Part shown: piece by piece, positions 48,421 through 61,066 of the stretch
Numbering within the stretch: position 1 is the first letter of the stretch
How the letters are laid out: each line of letters begins with the position of its first letter
NCBI RefSeq assembly: GCF_006345805.1
Contig: NC_043021.1
Location: 3,100,001-3,164,000 of the forward strand
Length of the DNA stretch: 64,000 bases
Direction of reading: 5' to 3'
From: Octopus sinensis
Lineage: Eukaryota
Position numbers and translations under genes: made by a program
The notes under the pieces: model-generated
What the model was told of the DNA's origin: nothing
What the model saw: only the letters and a program-made list of their open reading frames with translations
The model's database searches: none

Positions 48421-48585
48421 CCGGCAGGTGGATGTCTCCAGGATCGTTCGGCAGGATGCCCCGAGACGTCAGCCTAAGACGCCGTCAGCCCGGCGGGTGG
48501 CCGCCGCCTTCACGCCACCCTTCATTCTCCGTTTAAAATGGCGGTGCCCCAGCATGGGCACAGCTCATGAGCTGAAACTGGAAAA
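48421..48585 (+). mobile_element. GC/CpG-rich retroposon 3' fragment ending in the family A tail
   Basis: GGCGGTGCCCCAGCATGG...CTGAAAC matches the family A tail; the upstream ~115 bp differ from the family A body. Confidence 0.55.
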
Positions 48586-49105
48586 ATCAAAATCATTTGT
48601 GTAAACTTCTTATATCATAGACCCTTTCATGGAATTGTGGATAACTTGTTGACCTCCATGTACATTTCTAAAGTGCAATTAAAAAGTATTTGATAAAAAA
48701 AAAAAATTCTCAATTTAAAAGCAATAATTTGTTCATTCTGTGTTGTTACTCCTTTTTAATAAGAAATATTTAAAGAAATTTAATAAAAACACTTAACAAA
48801 ATTGATAAAAAAAAACAATTCAGTCATATTATATAGATATAGTGGAAATATTTAGTGTGAGATATTTGTTTGGTGAATACTAGTTTTTGCATTGATATTT
48901 GGTTGAAAATTAGTGTAAATTACATTAAATTGAAAATTGCTAGGCAACTGAAATCATTACTGTATATGAGTAACGAATGCATACTGGGATTGAGTATTTC
49001 TATTACAGTATCTTCGTGAAAATTGTGTGTCCTTGTCCTTAACTGGCTGGTGTAACATGTTTACTAGGTGTATGCTGATGATGTGATATCTGCTAAGGTA
49101 TTTAA

Positions 49106-49260
49106 CTCCTTAGCATTTAAACTGGCTGCTTCTGGCCAAAATTATTTTCAAACCAACCAGATTCAATCACTCGCACCTAACTTGCAAAGTCATTTTAAAG
49201 ATAAATGATTGCATCATCAAAATCTTGAAGCTACAAGCTAATGCAGGGTTTATAGCTCAA
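49106..49260. mobile_element. piggyBac-like MITE family 1, degenerate
   Basis: TTAA-CTCCTTAGCATTTAAAC...CATCATCAAAATCTTGAAGCTAC. Confidence 0.55.
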
Positions 49261-50329
49261 AACAATCTTATAATAATTTTGCTTGTTACTCCGTTGCTTA
49301 ACCCATCTGCAATGCTTTCACGTGATTAGTTGGGGATGGGGGGGGAGGTCAAGTGTGTAATTCTTTTTGTTTTTAACTAAGATTTTTTCTTCCATTACTT
49401 AGCCTGTCTGTGATGCCTTCATGTGATTAGTTAAAGGGAAAATCAAAGTGCAAAAGAAAAAGGAGAGAGAAAAAGAGGGTGAGGCAAAGAGGGAGAGTGC
49501 TGTGTATTAAGTCTATAAAATTGTGTATAAAATATATAAAAGTGCATTACATAATCATTGTATTCCAATTTTCTTCACTTTTCAAAGATTAGCAGGTGAG
49601 CGACTATCTTTTGATACAGACAACACAGGCTACACTTGCAGGATTTTTGGATAATGTTTTCAGAAATAACCCAATAAGTTTACCATTAATTTCATGAAAT
49701 ATTCACAAGTCCCGTTAATGGGAATAAATAAGCATTACATTTGACAGAATAATCAATGTTAAATAGCTAAATTGAATCATATTCTTACTAAAAAATACAG
49801 TTCACTAATAATTCATCACTCTTAATACCCAAAATTATTTCAAAGGGTGTTTATCAATCCCTTGTATCGCTGCATAGGCATTCCCTTCCCAGTAGTGACC
49901 CTTCACTGAACCCCTAGCCACATAGGAACACCCACTCCCTCAAGAGTCAATATCGACTCACTTTGCCGACTCCTGTTTTAAAATAAGCATTGCCAAAGCA
50001 TTATTTTAATTATTGTAGGTATCATTGATTAATTGGATAATTTTAATTATTTTACCTGGCAATGGAGGTGTTCTCTGCTAGTAATTGCAGCCAAATATCC
50101 TATATAACTACACACTCCTATCTTAATAGTGATGGACAGCAGCAAAATGATCTGTTACAATCCATCCACCCATATTAATCAACAACATCACTAATCTTGA
50201 ACAACCCCATGATAATTCAACACAACAAAACACACAGGCACAAGGGACAATAGCAGCAACAGAAAATTAGTGCTTATAACAACCAACCTACAATGAAAAG
50301 AAAACAAAAGTTGGAGACAGGAAGTAGAC

Positions 50330-50965
50330 ATACTCCTCATTAGGGGTGGTAGTTTCAGAAGTATTTTGCAGGGCTTCATACCTGTTTCTTAATGTCATTG
50401 CAAATTGGATCGCATTATCAGGATTTTCTAGAGATGACCAGTCATAGCATTTATGTTTGGTTTCAGGCTTTTTATTTGAATTTTAACTGATACTGTCCTG
50501 TGTTCAGAGGAAACATTATTAAGCGTATCAAATGCCATGCAGTTCATGGCACTGTTTGCCCATTTTTGGTTAATGAATATGGAGTCTAACTGTACTTTTG
50601 TACCACTCGGGTATGTGATTGTCTACTGCTCTCCAGGCTTGCTTTTGATATCTTGTATTAAGTCAGACGGGTCTATTTGTGGATGTGAATTCATGCAGAT
50701 ATCCTCCATTTCAATCTCTTTTTTCATGAAAGCTGTATTTGTACTCATCCTTTGCAAGGTGAGCATATCTCCTATAAGCATGACATTATAACAAGGTATT
50801 TGTCTCACAAGATAAAAGAGTTCAAGGTAGAACTTGACAACCTCTGCTTCATCAGAAACATTTGTCGAGTAGTAGCAAGATATAACAGTGGTGTGTGGGT
50901 GGACCTTTTCAATAGTGTTCAGTGAGTCAAAAGCATGGGGACTAAGTAACATTCCTACACCTCCC
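50330..50965 (-). mobile_element. Non-LTR LINE APE endonuclease remnant (RTE-like)
   Basis: GVGMLLSPHAFDSLN...TVISCYY.TN...FY..L..LVRQIP..NVMLIGD; downstream SEHRTVSVKI and TLRNRYEALQ. Confidence 0.75.
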
Positions 50966-52959
50966 CAGTGTACAGTTGTTAGGGCCATTTCATGCTGAAG
51001 CAGTGATTAAGGCCCACCCATTTCCAGTATGATGCTATTTTAGTTTGAGATTGCTGTGAAGAAAACAATGTTCTCGTATACAAATTATACTTATATATTT
51101 TGGTTTGACAGCAGATGCAGTGAGTTCTGGCAACTGATTTATGGGGTTTAATGTTTAGACATTGAAGGTGCAAATGTTGCAATACTTTTTACGTTTCAAA
51201 GTTTGGTTTTGAGTTTGGATTTTTTACTGACCTTTTTATTCCTGTAACAACAGTAAATATACTTTTAGTATTTTTCTTTTCAACATAAGTAATACTAAGA
51301 TCACATTGCTATTAAATATCTACCTATCAACTTGCTTTGCTTCACTTTAATTTGGTATGTGACAGTATTTGATTATGTAACTATATTGTATATAAACAAA
51401 CAATATACTTCTTTTTGCTTGGTTTGCATCAAAAGGCTAACAATAATGTGAATGAGGTGGGCTTAATTTTTCACTACACATAAGTGTAGATTGGCTAACA
51501 ATATTTACAATGACATTGTGTTTAGTAACAAATACTAACTGTATCAAAAAGGTGTTGAAGTGTGTGTGTACACAAAAAATCATTGGCAGTATTTAGGCAA
51601 TATTTTTTATTCTTTTTTAAATGCAAGTTCTTTTAACATAATTGCATTTCATCTTACAGCACTATTTTCCAATGTTCTTCTCACATGCATGCCATAACAT
51701 ATACCTATGCATATACCCTATAGAAATATATGGATACAGTGATATCAAATTAAAGTAAAATTAGCTCTTGAGGATACTGTGTTTGCACAAGTGTGTGTGG
51801 CTGGCTAGATACATGATGTGTCTTTGTCTTGGTCGATTCATCTGTTCTGGGTATTTTCATAACTATTCCCATGTAACTGATAGCCTTATGCTGCTGGTCA
51901 CAGAGGGACTCTATTTTTAACACTGCCTGATGAGAGATTCAGTCCTTGAAACAGAAAGTTCTATAATGGAAGACAAGGTAAAATCATGTACCCTCTATAT
52001 ATTGAATATCAGAAGTTGAATCTTTCCCCTATATTCTTTCTCTACATACAAGCTTAATGTTCATAATTTATAGGAACATTAGTTATGCATTTTGAGTGGA
52101 AAATATCTCATTAAGACTTAATATGTATCATGTGTCTTGTCATTGAGTATGTATTATATACAGTAGTCTAGCACCTAGCAAAAATAATGGGCTTTATTTT
52201 GGGTAAAGAATACATTGTGCAAAGAAATTTTCCATAATACTCATTGTTGAATATACAGTGCCCTACATTGCTGGCATTGGGCTTCAGCAATAAATGACAA
52301 AAAGTAGAAGAATATGGAGAATGTCTCATCATGGATAAGTGAAAAGCATGTGGAAGAATAGATTTAGCTGAGATTGAAGACCAAATCACCATTAGTCAGA
52401 TATTATATCTTTATTTTATGTCCTGCTGTGTTGTGAATGGGGTTAGTGGTTTTGGACAGACCTGTGAATAGTGTTATGTATATATATACATATATACTAT
52501 TAATATTTAGTAGAAGCAAAGAGTTTTGTGCAGTGGCACTTATCAAACCTGTGTGTGTGACATTTCCTTCCTTTTTTACCATTATCATATTTTTTATAAC
52601 ATTTGCTCGCCCTCTCTGTCTGTCTGTCTCTCTCTCTCTCACTATATTGATTAAACCTCACCAAGTTAAATATTTAAACCACCTGAAGAATGACTGTAAC
52701 TCGAAAATTTTAAGAATTGGACAGCCATGAAACGATCGTAGTGTTATATTAATTATCTTTTTTAATAATTTTGATATATATTTAAATAATATAAATTAAT
52801 TAATCTTATGTATTGGCTTAAGTTTTTCATTGTATGATTTGCCCAATAGTGGTTTTATCTCTAATTTAATATAATATATATATATATATATATATATTAG
52901 TGCCTGTGTGTATAGTGTATGTATACACACTCACGAGCAGAATACCCAGTGTCCACCCA

Positions 52960-53480
52960 GCATTTCCTCAGCTGAAATGTAGCTGTAAATGGCTCAGAAT
53001 CTGTTTTTCTTCTTCTTTAATGAAGGCACAAATCAATACCATTGAATCTGGGATTTCTTTTGGAATGCTAGTGTTTAACAGGATTAAGTGAATGTAAAAA
53101 CCTTTTATTCTTGAGATTAAAAAATTTTTTTTTAATAATTTAAAACCTGCTTGGAAATTGGAGTGTTTGGATGTAACCACTTTAGGAAACATCATTCTGA
53201 TAACCTTTGCAACTGCCAAACATTCCATACTAAAGAAGTGTTGTGATGCACTCTGTTTGTCAGTAGATCTATATCCATCATAAACTTGGAAATTTAGAAC
53301 ATTATCATGTCATTAATTCATGATAACATTTTCTGCTTTACTGACAATCGCTTCCCACTGACTCTTGAGCTTCTTACATAGAATTGGTCATTAGCAAAGC
53401 AGTACTCCTTAAGATGTTGCCTAGCAGCTGCCAATGTTTGCCCTTGAGATTTAATGATTGACAAGGACAAAGCTTAGGTG
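52960..53480 (-). mobile_element. Possible degraded Penelope-type RT fragment
   Basis: LKEYCFANDQFYV...INDMIMF weakly resembles the PLE F.F...Y.Q and YIDD region. Confidence 0.25.
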
Positions 53481-53544
53481 TTCTGGAAACTGAAGTTTCC
53501 TAAATTGAAAACACACATCTCTTTAGTAGAAGTGGAATTTTTAG

Positions 53545-54281
53545 TCATTAGCCAGAGGGAAAGTGGATAAGAAAAAGAATTTGCCAATGTTCTGCACTGT
53601 GAGGACTAAAGACTTGAGGTATTTCGTGTTGCAAGACAGTTTGTGAGAGAGAATCATGATGTCGTAGGAGAGAGATATGTATCCGCATGGATGATGGTTC
53701 ACTTGCACTAAACGAGGCTGCAAAGAGAGAGGTTTGGAGATGCCACTATGAAAGGTTGCTCAATAAAGAGAATGAATGAGAGTCTGCTGAATGTCGACCC
53801 AACAGAGGAACCTGCTATACGAATTGACAGTACCGTGATAGATAAAGCAATTAAGAGTATGAAGACAGGGAAAGCCCCCGGCCCTTCAGGAATCACAGCA
53901 GAGATGCTCAAAATATCTGGCAGTGTTGACTATAGCCTAGTCACCTGTATCTATAGTCAACTGCTACAAAGGTAAAGGTGAGGCTTTAGATACAAATAAT
54001 TACAGAGGTATCAAGTTGTTGGATCAGGTAATGAAGGTCACAGAGAGGATCATAGCCCAACTAATTAGGGAGAGATGCAGTTTGGGTTCGAACCAGGGTA
54101 AAGCATCACTGATGCTATATTTCTGGTTAGACAGCTGCAGGAGAAATACCTAGCCAAAGATAAACCTCTGTACCTGGCTTTCGTTGATATGGAGAAAGCC
54201 TTTGACAGGGTCCCCCGATCCCTTATCTGGTGGTCAATGAGGAAACTAGGAATAGATGATTGGTTAGTGAGAGCTGTGCAA
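53545..54281 (+). mobile_element. RTE-clade LINE RT fragment
   Basis: KTGKAPGPSGITAEML, NYRGIKLLDQVMK, QFGF, FVDMEKAFDRVPR; frameshifted and truncated. Confidence 0.9.
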
Positions 54282-55136
54282 GGTTAGTTCCATTGGTGAC
54301 AGAGTAATGTTGGTTGGAATCAACCCTGAGCTTCATTCTCACTTGTTTTTGTTTTAATTCCTCCATTTGAAAATTGACTTTGGTTGGACATTCAACTCCA
54401 GAAAGGATATATCTTCATCTTTTAAGTGGTTCATTCATTAGATGTGCACATGCGCGCGCACACACACACACACACACACAGTTGTTGTCATCATCGTTTA
54501 ACGTTTGTCTTCCATGCTGGCATGGATTGGACTGTCTGACTGTAGCTGGCCAGCTGTTTTGGCATAGTATTTATGGTTGGATGCCCTTCATAACACCCAC
54601 ATAAAAAAAAACACCCAGCCCATTCTGTAATGTGATTAACATTAGGATGGACATTTAGCTCGAAAAACCATGCCAAAAAAGGCAGTGGAGCTTCATGCAA
54701 TCCTCTCGCTTGCTAGCTCCTGTCAAACTGACCAACCCATGCCAGCATGGAAGAAGGATGTTAAATGATCATATGCATGTATATACATACATGCATGCAC
54801 GTGCGCGCGCGCGCGCACACACACACACACACACAATATTACTGGTAGTTAAAGAAGCTCACCTTGAAATCCTGTGGTTTTGTGTTTTGCACCACAGAAT
54901 GATGATACCTTAGGCATATGTCTTGAGCTCCAACGTGACTAATGCTTTCTGAGTGAGTTTGGTAGATAGAATTTTGTGCTGAAGGCTGTCCTGTGCGTTT
55001 CTGTGCACATGCACACATCTTTGTGTACCCAGCACTGACAGCTTGATGTTCATTCCTGTAACTTTGTGGATTGCCAAAAAAAGTAACTGATACAATAAAT
55101 GACAGAGTAAAAGAATGTAAGCATGTCTAATTTAAT

Positions 55137-55530
55137 ACTCTTTTACTCTTTTACTTGTTTCAGTCATTTGTCTGCGGCCATGCTGGAGCACTGCCTTTAG
55201 TCGAGCAAATCGACCCCGGGACTTATTCTTTGTAAGCCCACTACTTATTCTATTGGTCTCTTTTGCCGAACCGCTAAGTGACGGGGACGTAAACACACCA
55301 GCATCGGTTTTCAAGCAATGCTAGGGGGACAAACACACACATACACACATATATATATATACATATATACGACAGGCTTCTTTCAGTTTCCGTCTACCAA
55401 ATCCACTCACAAGGCATTGGTCAGCCCGGGGCTATAGCAGAAGACACTTGCCCAAGATGCCACACAGTGGGACTGAACCCACAACCATGTGGTTGGTTAG
55501 CAAGCTACTTACCACACAGCCACTCCTGCA
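55137..55530 (-). mobile_element. Family A SINE, full length, young
   Basis: Reverse complement of the 6016/42621 copies. Confidence 0.9.
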
Positions 55531-57505
55531 AATGTGCAAAATTTTTTTTTTAATAATTACATATGTAAGAATATCTGTAAATATTTTTTTTTAAAAAAAG
55601 CATACATGCACTATATTACATATACATATATAACATATACAGGTGTATATTATTTACGTATATATACACACACATGCATACACAAATACAGATGTCTAGC
55701 CTAAAACAGTTATCAAACACAAAACTAGTCACTGCTATCCAATCTATATTGATGCTACGTATGAACCAGTAGTCACTAGTTGTGGGCTTTCTTCCTCAAA
55801 CTTTCTTCCCTTCATCACAGTTCTACGTTTCAAGCTACATGGTGAGAGCCAGACACATTCATCACACATTTTTGCCTTGCATGTTTAACGGACGGATAGA
55901 TTAGTAGTCTGGAGCAGGTACCTGCCTCTAAGTTGTCTAACCATCTGACAAGATCAATAGCGCTGTCCATATAGTAATTGTGTGAGGTTTCACAGACAGC
56001 AAGCACATCTTGCATTGCTTACTCAATTAAGGACTTGAGGCTATATATTTTCCAAGCATTCACTGAATACTGCACTGCTTTCCTACGTAACAATGTCGTT
56101 CTAGCTTTCTAGCTTTCTTCTTCTGCTTCTCCCGTGCAAGCAGATGCAGGCTAGTTCATTGTACAGACACAAATGCATATAAACATATGCACACACACAC
56201 ACACACACACACTTGTTCAAGCAAACGTGTACACGTACAGATTCACACGCACACATGCAGATGTCCATCCTTACTTCTGCACACCATAGAAACACTCATG
56301 CACCTACATACACACTAGTCACCTCATTCTATATCATATATACACACTGCTATGTTTGCAGCTTTATGCTGTGTATACAACACTATTAGCATACCTCATC
56401 TACACATCGCTGCTTTCATTATACACCGTGTGTGCACACTACTGTTATTATATACACTCCACTGTATTATAATTACATCGTGTACACATCAGTGCTTTTA
56501 TTGCAGTACATCATACTCTACACCATATTTAGCTGGCATGACTAAAGATACAATTTCCTTGGTACACCGTTGATGTTTACTGCTGCTATACCACACACTT
56601 CAAATTGAGTTGTTCATACAGATGCATACCCGTACCTCCATCTTTGCAATCACGTCTGCGTGTACTCCTCACCGTTTCATACACATCCTAAATGTTATCA
56701 GTTCCTCCATCACCCCTTCTGTCTGTCTGTCTGTCTCTTTTCACCCTCTCTACATCTCGCCTATCTGATCTGATCTTTTTTCTTCTTCTACCACTTGCAA
56801 CTTGTGCTCTCTCTCTCTCTCTCACACAATATATATCAAGCAGCCCATTTAATATCTAGATTAAAGGATCACCTCAGACTGACACTTTACCTCTGCATGG
56901 TTGCTTGACCTGCTAGAAATAGCAGCTAAATCCCCTCAATAAAATCTTACTGTCTTTATATAAAAATTGAAAAGAAAAAAAAAGAAAAAAAAGCACAGTG
57001 TGTAATGTTGTTCTAAATTCCTGAGAGAGGAGGGATGTTCACATTTGGAAAGCCTCAGGTCTGCTCAAACCGGAACTGATCTGAAGTTTAAATAGCAAAA
57101 ACAACTTCAATTACCTCCTCCATTCCCAGTTTAAGTTCATCCTTGGTTTTGCAGAATCTCTCTGCATTAACATACTGAAGTGTATGTCTGTCTGTGCGTA
57201 TGCTAATCCTTGAAATAAAAGAAAGTTTCTTCTCCTCCACCTCCTCCTTCTTCCCTATTGGAATATTCTAAAGTTTAATAAATATTGATAATAATAATTC
57301 TTTCTACAATAGGCACAAGGCCTGAAATTTGTGGGGAGCGTTAAGCCGATCACATCGACCCAGTACATGACTGGTACTTAATCTATTGACCCTGAAAGGG
57401 TGGATGAAAGGCAAAGTCAGCCTTGGTGGAACTTGAGCTCAGACAGACGAAATGCTACTTAGCATTTTGCCTGGTGTGCTAATGGCTCCACCAACTTGCC
57501 ACCTT

Positions 57506-57812
57506 AATAATAATAATGATATTATTATTATCATTATTATCATCATTATCATCATTATTAACATTATTATTATCATTATCATCATTATTATTATTATCAT
57601 TATTAGTATCATTATTATTAATGATAATAATAATGATAATAATGATAATGATAATAATAATAATGATGATAATGATAATAATAATAATGATGATAATGAT
57701 AATAATAATGTTAATAATGATGATGATGATAATAATAATGATGATAATGATAATAATAATAATGATGATGATGATAATAATGATAATAATAATGATTATT
57801 GCTATTATTATT
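57506..57812. repeat. Compound trinucleotide tract (ATT/ATC then AAT/GAT)
   Basis: Direct reading. Confidence 0.95.
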
Positions 57813-58261
57813 ATTCTTTCTACTGTAGACACAAGGCCTGAAATTTGGGGTTAGGGTCTAGTTGATTACATTGACCCCAGTACTTGACTATTCCTTGATT
57901 TATCAACCATGAAGGGATAACAGGCAAAGTTGACTGTAGTATTTGAACTCCAATCGTGGTGAGTTAGAAGCAATGCTGCTAATCATTTTGTCCACCACTC
58001 TAACAACTCTCCAGTCTGCTATAATAACAATTTTTTTTTTTTAATAATTTTCAGATTTTGGCGCAAGGCCAGCATTTTTAAAGGGAAGAGGCAAGTAGGT
58101 TACATTGATCCCAGTACTTGACTGGTGTTTTTTTTATTGGCACCAAAAGGATGAAAGATAAAATTCTCCTCATCAGTATTTGACCTCAGAACATAAAAGA
58201 GCCACAAGAAATGACAGTAAGCACGTTGGCCAACATGCTAACAATTCTGCCAGCTCACTGC

Positions 58262-58593
58262 TAATAATAATAATAATAATAATAATGATAATAATAATAA
58301 CGGTAATAATAATAATGGTAATAATAATAATGATAATAATGATAATAATGATAATGATAATAATGGTAATGATAATAATGGTAATGATAATAATAATAAT
58401 GATAATAATAGTAATGATAATGATAATAATAATAATAATAATGGTAATGATAATAATGGTAATGATAATAATAGTAATAATAATAATAGTGATAATAATA
58501 ATGATAATAGTAGTAATAATAATAATAGTGATAATAATAATGATAATAATAGTAATAATAATAATAATAGTAATAATAACAACAACAATAATA
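58262..58593. repeat. Compound trinucleotide tract (AAT/GAT/AGT/GGT)
   Basis: Direct reading. Confidence 0.95.
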
Positions 58594-59276
58594 ACTCTTT
58601 CTAAATTTGGTTCAAGTCTAGTAATTTTGAGGGAAAAGGTCCATCTTGACTGGTACTTATTTTATTGATCCCTGAAAAATGAAAGACAAAATCAACTGTG
58701 ACAAGATTTGAACTCCGCCGGAAGAAATGCCACCAAGCATTTTCTCCGTGTCAACTCCCCATCCACTTGCAGCAGCAGTAGTGGTGGTGGTGGTGGTGGT
58801 GGTGGTAGTAGTAGTGTAATGGTTTCAAATTTTGGCTCAGGTTCAGCTGTTTTTGAAGGGAGAAGGAAGTCGATTACATACGTAACCCAGTGCATGACTG
58901 GTACTTTCATTTTATCAACCCCCCGAAAGGATGAAACACGGAATCCGACCTTGACAGAATTTGAACCCAGAACACAGACAGATGAAATGCTGCTAAGCAT
59001 TTTGTCCAGCGTGCTAATGGTTCTGCCAGCTCCACTACCTTCAGTAGTAGTAGTAGTAGTAATCTGATATGGATAAAATGCCATATGTCTAAAGAAGATC
59101 GTTATGTGTGATTGTTTTTTGTTATTCAGTTTGGTCTGTATATTCTTATTTTGACCCCACACAGTATCTCTGACTGGTCATTCTCATAATAGTAGTAATC
59201 TGGCACAAAATCAAGTATTTTGGGAAAATATTGTTCTCATACAACTGAAATGGGGCAAACTGTATGTGTGTGTGTT

Positions 59277-59363
59277 ATGACTATATAGATGTGTGTATAC
59301 ATGTTATGACTATATAGATGTGTGTATACATGTTATGACTATATAGATGTGTGTATACATGTT
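59277..59363. repeat. 29-bp tandem repeat x3 (ATGACTATATAGATGTGTGTATACATGTT)
   Basis: Direct reading. Confidence 0.9.
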
Positions 59364-60166
59364 ACACACACAGTGTTTATATTAGTGGTAAATAATGATG
59401 TTTATTATTATTATTATTATTATTATGACAAGTGAGGTTGAAGTGAGATAAACTGGTTTCTTTTTAGCCAACTTGCTTGTCTTTCACTGTTTATTCAATA
59501 ACAGAGCTGTTCACTGCTCTGGATATATGGAGTTGGCTCTGTTAGAAATACACACACACACACACACATACACCTCTAGCAACTCAGGCCTGCTAAGACA
59601 CAATAATAATAATAATAATAATGATAATAATAATATAGAATGGTTCTAGTTGAGTAACAGAACTGTGTTGTTGTTTCTAGCCGAATGCTAGAGTTAAGAC
59701 CAGCGTTCTAGTAGTAGTTATTAGTTAATACATCAAGTGGAATTTTGCTGATATTGCTTGTAGCCAACCGAAATAGTACCAGAGTAGGTTTATGACAACA
59801 TATAGTTTTAGTTTAGACTGGCAGCAGTCTTCTTTCTAATAGCTGGGAAGGAGTATTGCCCTGCTATTTTCTCTGCCAACTTCCACTTTTGTAATTTATG
59901 TACTAGCTACACTCCAGAGGCTGGCTGGATGGATAGCTGGCTGGCTGGCTGGCTGGCTGGCTTGGCTTGCTTGTTTTACTAATTAGTTACTCTGTAGTTC
60001 TTTCTCACTGTCAAGATTGACTCATTAATATACCACACTGTTTAGTATACTGATATATTAAGCTTAGATGGATGGATTATCTTAGACACACACACACACA
60101 CACGAAAGGGATATTTCTTCTATATATATATATATATGTATGTATATGTATGTATGTATATGTATG

Positions 60167-60199
<33 letters not shown>

Positions 60200-60639
60200 G
60201 TATATGTATGTATATGTATATGTATATATATATACTCTTTTACTTGTTTCAGTCATTTGACTGCGGCCATGCTGTGTATATATATGTATATGTATATAAA
60301 ATCTAGGAACCAAATATTTCAATTTTGTTTTTCTTGCAGCTACCCTTATTGAAATTGATAAAAATAAGTATTGTAAAAAATTACTTGTAGGGTGCCAACT
60401 GAAATATATTTTGCTGTTTATTTTTATTCTTCGATCTGAACTCAAAACACTATAACAATTGGCTTTACTATTTTTTCTTCCTCCCTAATCATTAAAATAT
60501 AAATATATACTAGTTATATTCTAGAACAAGTTTAATCAACCGTATCCACACCTCCTACTCTTTATCAATCGTATAATTTGTGCCCAGGGAAAGTGAATCG
60601 TTTATGTTGGGGCAGTTAAATACTTTACAAATTTTAATT

Positions 60640-61029
60640 CTCTCCCCTAAAATGCTTTATAAATTTCAGCTCTGTTCCCTATATTTGGCCTTTTTGTTCT
60701 TTTCAGGGTTGATAAAATTAACTCATAAAGGCAATTCATTCGATTAATCCTTTGTACTTTGTGCCCAAGGTAGAAATTCCTACTGTTATTGTTGTTATTA
60801 TTATTAAGGCAGTGACCTGGCAGAATCGTTAGCACACTGGACAGAATGCTTAGTGATATTTCACCCATCCACTGTATTCTGAGTTAAAGTTCTGCCAAGG
60901 TTGATTTTGCCTTTCATCCTATTGGGGTCAATAAAATAAGCACTGAGGTCAATGACCACCCCACTCACAAAGTTGCTGGGCTTGTGCCAAAATTTGAATC
61001 CATTATTATTATTGTTGTTGTTGTTTTTG

Positions 61030-61066
<37 letters not shown>

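Larger units (their letters stand above)
57297..59041 (-). mobile_element. Cluster of 5 diverged family C SINE monomers separated by trinucleotide tracts
   Basis: Monomers at about 57297, 57813, 58052, 58594 and 58820, all on the minus strand. Confidence 0.8.

Noticed and set aside
55830-56015. Minus-strand protein-like ORF (DVLAVCETSHNYYMDSAIDLVRWLDNLEA)
   Set aside because: There is an in-frame stop just upstream, no usable acceptor and no recognisable family.
57452-58668. Long ORFs encoding poly-I, poly-N/D or poly-L
   Set aside because: They are translations of stop-poor trinucleotide microsatellites; there is no evidence of coding function.
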